Source of the DNA: a virus
DNA: 64,000 nucleotides
IMG/VR virus record: IMGVR_UViG_3300005674_000016
Coordinates: 4,577 to 68,576 of that record
Reading direction: 5' to 3' (one strand)
Below are positions 60,151 through 64,000 of the stretch, piece after piece; the first letter of the stretch is position 1, and every line of letters begins with the position of its first letter. Both the position numbers and the translations under genes were made by a program. Under the pieces are notes generated by a model. It did not search any database and was not told where the DNA came from. It saw only the letters and a program-made list of their open reading frames with translations.

Positions 60151-61173
60151 TCAGGAGTAGGGCATGCTCATGATGGTGACCGCTTCGGGACGCACGCCCC
60201 AGCCGCTGGTCACCCGCAGCTCCGACAGCACGTCGACCGCGCCGCCCGGCAGGGGGGTCGGGATCTCGCGCGGCGCCGCCATGTCGCAATACATCAGGGT
60301 GCAGGCCTCGATGCCGGGTTCCAGCTTGGCGAAGACGTTCGTGTTCACGCCGCGGATGGTCGGCTTCTTGACCTTGGGCATGGTGAGGATCACCGCGTCG
60401 GAGCCGCCGGCGCCCTTCCCGATGAGCGTGTCGTCGTAGGTCCAGGTGATCGTGTCGCCGTTCCAGTCGGCCACTTCCTTCACCATGCCGGCGGTGGTCT
60501 GGCTGCCGGCGCCGATGCGCTGGAACTGGGTCAGCTGCACGATGTTCTGGTACTCCATCACGCCCAGGGTGCGCTGCGGCCCGCAGATGGTGAATTCCTG
60601 GCCGAGGCCCAGCTGCATGGTGCGGGTCTTCAGCGCGCTCAGCTGGGACAGCAGCCACACGCCGAGTTCACCGTTGTCGTAGGTCAGCACGGTGGTGTTG
60701 CCGTTGCTGTCGGCAGGCAGGGTGGTGGCGGTGGCGCCGGCGGTGTTCAGCAGGCCCTCGCCGTTGGCGGGGTTGAAGCCGTCGAGCAGCGCGGAGCGCA
60801 TCAGCTGGAAGTGGCCCTGCTGCATGCCGAGGCGCTGGGCGCTCTCGATCGGCACGCCCCACCGGGACATGGCCGCGGTGTCGTGGTGGTCGTACTCGCC
60901 GCGCACGCGCAGGAGGTAGGTCGGCGTGCTGATCATCGACATGACGGTGGAGATCGACGGCAGCGAGTTGTAGGCACTCTGGCCCGCGGCCATCTGCGTC
61001 CTCAATTGGATCGCCTTCATGTACACGAACAGATCGCCCTCGCCGAGGCGCGCAAGGGGCTGGCCCTCGGCCACCAGGTCGAAAGCGCCGCTGGCCTGGG
61101 CGTAGGGCAGCAGCAGCCCGGGCTCGATGTAGGACGGGTTCACCGTCACGAATGCGGGGGCGATGTTGGCCAC
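60151..61173 (-). CDS. Major capsid protein
   Basis: 340 aa; follows the protease and decoration genes; YAQASGAF, G.GLLN, RVTSGW..RPEA. Confidence 0.85.
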   Translation of the reverse strand: MANIAPAFVTVNPSYIEPGLLLPYAQASGAFDLVAEGQPLARLGEGDLFVYMKAIQLRTQMAAGQSAYNSLPSISTVMSMISTPTYLLRVRGEYDHHDTAAMSRWGVPIESAQRLGMQQGHFQLMRSALLDGFNPANGEGLLNTAGATATTLPADSNGNTTVLTYDNGELGVWLLSQLSALKTRTMQLGLGQEFTICGPQRTLGVMEYQNIVQLTQFQRIGAGSQTTAGMVKEVADWNGDTITWTYDDTLIGKGAGGSDAVILTMPKVKKPTIRGVNTNVFAKLEPGIEACTLMYCDMAAPREIPTPLPGGAVDVLSELRVTSGWGVRPEAVTIMSMPYS

Positions 61174-61229
61174 TGTCGGGGATCTCCTACTCGCCGGCGG
61201 CGTGGCCGGGCTGCGGGGGAAGCGCGCTA

Positions 61230-61251
61230 CCGGGCGGCGGGTGCCGCCCGG
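61230..61251 (-). promoter_or_regulatory. 9-bp hairpin in the capsid gene leader
   Basis: CCGGGCGGC-N4-GCCGCCCGG. Confidence 0.4.
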
Positions 61252-61261
61252 AGCACCGGGA

Positions 61262-62119
61262 TCAGATCAGGATGACGGCGCAGGTGCCGGCCGTATTCCA
61301 GGTGGCGAAGCCGGTGGCGGTGTCGTACTCGACCACCAGGCTGTTGCCGACCTGAAGGTTCAGCACCCGCACGTTCAGCGCGCCGCCGCCCGCGTCCAGC
61401 TGGCCCTGCACCGTATCGGCGCCGGGATCCGGGGAAAGCGCGTAGACGATGGTCGAGCCGGTGGTGCCGGCCAGCGCGGTGAACGTGCCGTTGTAGGCGG
61501 TCGGCACGAAGCCGCTGATGGTGAACACCGAGCCGACCGACAGCCCGTGCGCGCTGGTGGTGGTCAGGGTGACCTGGCCGCCGCCGGTGCTGGCCCACAC
61601 CGCGTTGGTGATGACGTTGGCATTGTAGGCCGCCACGTAGGGGATCAGGCGCTGCTGCGCGAAGTCCCACGACACCTGAGCGTTGATGATGCCGCCTTCC
61701 AGCGATGCCAGAACCGGATCGGCCGCGACCGCGATGCGCGCGCCCGAGCCCAGGCGGTAGAGGTTCATCGTGGCGCCGGCGCCGACCAGCGGCACGGGCG
61801 ACTGCGGCGTGTTGATGGCCGAGTGGTTCTGGTCGAACACGGAGAAGCCGGTCAGCGCCACGGAGCCGGTCAGCAGGGTCGCGCGCTTGATGGCGCCGCC
61901 GAAGGTGCCAGCCGGCACCAGGGGCGATGCCGGCACGTTCTCGCTGATGCCGACGCCGCCCCACATCGGGAGCGCTTCGGTCGTGGCCAGCACGCCGCCC
62001 GCCAGAGCGTTGCGCGTGGAGGGGTCGGCGAACGCCGTGCCCTGGATCAGGCCCTGCCACGTGGTGCCGAACAGGCCGGCCGCGTTGCTGGTGACGATCG
62101 GGTTGAGGGTGATCGACAT
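61262..62119 (-). CDS. Head decoration/cement protein with an inserted E1-FCCH-like domain
   Basis: G.IQG....DP, P.WGG..I.E, GF.VF.Q, PQSPVP, YRLGSGARI; insert T.TT...HGL..G..F.ISG..P..YNG. Confidence 0.75.
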   Translation of the reverse strand: MSITLNPIVTSNAAGLFGTTWQGLIQGTAFADPSTRNALAGGVLATTEALPMWGGVGISENVPASPLVPAGTFGGAIKRATLLTGSVALTGFSVFDQNHSAINTPQSPVPLVGAGATMNLYRLGSGARIAVAADPVLASLEGGIINAQVSWDFAQQRLIPYVAAYNANVITNAVWASTGGGQVTLTTTSAHGLSVGSVFTISGFVPTAYNGTFTALAGTTGSTIVYALSPDPGADTVQGQLDAGGGALNVRVLNLQVGNSLVVEYDTATGFATWNTAGTCAVILI

Positions 62120-62122
62120 GGA

Positions 62123-63913
62123 TTAGCGGCTCCCGTTGCTGATGCCGGTCACCCGGCGGCGCGATGCGCCGAACTGGTCCATCCACGCTCGCGGCTCGCC
62201 CACGAACGAGGTGATCCGGCGGCCGGTGCTGTCGATCGACACCACCTCGCGCAGCGTGCCTTCCGGCACGTCCACCGGGTTGCGAGCCGCCTGCGCCGCG
62301 TCGGCGTAGATGGCCGCGGTGGCGATCTCCAGCGCCGGGGGCGGCAGGGTGCCGAGGTCGATGCCCTTCCACGCCGGGCTGTGCTTCTGCAGCCCCGCCG
62401 CCAGGCGACGGCGGTAGGCCTGCAGCGTCTCGCCCTGCACCGGCCGGCTGGCGGTGGCGCCGTGGGCGGCATAGACGCTGTCGGCACGCACCTGCTCGTC
62501 GGCCAGCGCGCGCGCCTCGTCCTCGGGAATCGGGGCGGCGGCGCGCTTGATGCTGTCGAGTTCCTCGCGCAGCGCCTTTACCGCGCTGTCGGCGCGCATC
62601 GCGGCTTCCCGCGCCTCCTTCAGCCCGGCTTCCTCCTGCGCGGCAGCGTCGGCCTTCGCCTTCTGCATCGACTTCCAGCCGGCGCAGGCGCTGTCGTAGC
62701 GCACGCGATCGGCGGCCGTCTCGCGCGGCATGCTGGCGATCTCCGGGGGGAATTCCTCGCCCGCGTCGCCACCGGCCGCGGCATCGGCCATCGGCGGGGT
62801 CGGGTCCGGGTCGCCCCCGCCGCCGCCCTGCGGGTCGAGCGCGTCGAGCCGACTGGCCATGCCGTCGAGCCGCGCCAGCAGCTGGTCCAGCTTGCCGCCG
62901 ACGTCGGCGTCGTGCTGATCCGCCTTCGCGGTCGGGTCGGCGTTCGGGGCGGGGGTCTGGTCGGGCATGTCGGGCACCGGTTGCTCTCCGTCAGTTGCAG
63001 TGGTGGCGACTCCGGTCGGCGTACCGCCTTTGTCCCATACGCCTTGCTCGCAGATCGCGAGGTGGTCGAGAAGACTCGGATTGCCCTCGATCAGGAGGGT
63101 TTCACCGTCCTCGGTCTGCTGGGTGGTGTTCTGGCTCGGGTCGCGGAACACCACGGCAGGCGAGGTCGACAGCCGATGCGCCTCGATCATCTTGATCGTC
63201 GACTCATCGTATATCTTCGCAATGCCCCATACTTCATTTTGCTTGACATATGGAAGCATGATCGTCCCGACGACGCGGTCGGCGAATTCCTGGGAGTCGA
63301 GCACGCGCCCCTTCGGGTGCTCCACGATCACCGGCAACCCATTGCAACGAGCCAGAAAATGCTCGTTCAGGTAGAGCTCGGGGTCGCGCCAGACGTGCTC
63401 CTTCAAGCCTTCCCGGTATGCCATGCCGGTGCCGGTGATTCGCATGGCGACCAGCGCGATGTTCTCGAACCGCTGCGGGCTGGTCAGATGACCGTCCCGA
63501 ATCGCCTGCGCGACGCCGAGCTCGTCCATGTCGATGCGCGCGAGCACCACGGCCGCGCCGGGATGCAGGGGCTCGGGAGCGTCACAGGGGAATACCCACT
63601 CGGCTGCGTCGTGCTCCCCGTTCAGCGTGGTGGCGAACGGCTCGCGCACCGGCACCAGGTATGTGGTCCAGTCCACGCCATTCGCCTGGCGCCGCGACCA
63701 GAAGCGAAGCGCGTCCGCATCTCCGACGACGGCCGGGTCTATGCCGATTTCCTCGTGCGCTTCGCGGATGGCAGCCTCGGCCGGGGTTTCGCCCTGCTCC
63801 ACCTTGCCGCCGGGGATGGCCCATTCGCCCGCGTGATCCCCCTCCGCGCTGCGGCGAACCAGCAGCACGCGGCCATCCTTGGCCATGAAAAGGATGCCGG
63901 CGGCAACGATCAC
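62123..63913 (-). CDS. NUDIX hydrolase - DUF2213 head maturation protease - scaffold fusion
   Basis: Intact Nudix box GGKVEQGETPAEAAIREAHEEIG; RITGTG, G.PVI..HP, STSP, DHLAIC..GVWDK; helical C-terminus; GTG start with AGGA RBS (alternative TTG 63967). Confidence 0.88.
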   Translation of the reverse strand: MIVAAGILFMAKDGRVLLVRRSAEGDHAGEWAIPGGKVEQGETPAEAAIREAHEEIGIDPAVVGDADALRFWSRRQANGVDWTTYLVPVREPFATTLNGEHDAAEWVFPCDAPEPLHPGAAVVLARIDMDELGVAQAIRDGHLTSPQRFENIALVAMRITGTGMAYREGLKEHVWRDPELYLNEHFLARCNGLPVIVEHPKGRVLDSQEFADRVVGTIMLPYVKQNEVWGIAKIYDESTIKMIEAHRLSTSPAVVFRDPSQNTTQQTEDGETLLIEGNPSLLDHLAICEQGVWDKGGTPTGVATTATDGEQPVPDMPDQTPAPNADPTAKADQHDADVGGKLDQLLARLDGMASRLDALDPQGGGGGDPDPTPPMADAAAGGDAGEEFPPEIASMPRETAADRVRYDSACAGWKSMQKAKADAAAQEEAGLKEAREAAMRADSAVKALREELDSIKRAAAPIPEDEARALADEQVRADSVYAAHGATASRPVQGETLQAYRRRLAAGLQKHSPAWKGIDLGTLPPPALEIATAAIYADAAQAARNPVDVPEGTLREVVSIDSTGRRITSFVGEPRAWMDQFGASRRRVTGISNGSR

Positions 63914-63963
63914 GGCTTGATCCTGATTGCGACGCCCTTCTTTCGGGCGTTGCAACGGGCGCG

Positions 63964-64000
63964 TCAATCCTTCTCTGCGTCCTCGCCGGCGCCGTCGTCG
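63964..64000 (-). CDS. 3' end of an upstream gene (...DDGAGEDAEKD*), possibly the portal C-terminus
   Basis: TGA at 63964-63966; acidic tail; open to the window end. Confidence 0.45.
   Translation of the reverse strand, partial: DDGAGEDAEKD

Noticed and set aside
1-64000. tRNA, rRNA, tmRNA, self-splicing introns, inteins, IS elements
   Set aside because: By eye I saw no cloverleaf or T-loop signatures in intergenic gaps, no interrupted terL/dnaB, and no transposase. A tRNAscan-SE/Infernal run would be needed to exclude them fully.

Overview
This ~70% GC window looks like a nearly complete tailed dsDNA phage genome with a contractile tail. The head and tail gene set resembles Bcep781/OP2-type myophages (NUDIX-DUF2213 head protease, DUF3383-like sheath, DUF2612-like and J-like baseplate). 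The host is inferred to be an alphaproteobacterium because the phage carries GcrA-like and GapR-like genes. Layout: portal 5' end and terminase (1-3087, minus); a large early/accessory region of small ORFs plus NADAR, DUF932, DUF4942 and three DNA methyltransferases (3.5-18.7 kb); a leftward replication operon (initiator with internal iterons, DnaB, RuvC-like, GapR-like, Cro-like; 19.2-24.3 kb); a rightward RecT/ParB/GcrA/HNH/ASCH/DUF5131/J-domain operon with more small ORFs (24.4-37.7 kb); and a leftward lysis and morphogenesis operon (37.8-64 kb). I found no integrase, CI repressor, tRNA, CRISPR array or reverse transcriptase. The most striking unexplained structure is a dispersed regulatory cassette (A-tract, TCGAC[T/A]-N17-[G/C]AT[G/A]GT, then CGGC[A/G]-AT[G/T]G-TGCCG hairpin, then RBS). 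It heads most early operons and co-occurs with an Aca-like HTH gene and a lambda/P22-N-like arginine-rich peptide. Family names come from motif recognition by eye, not from database searches.
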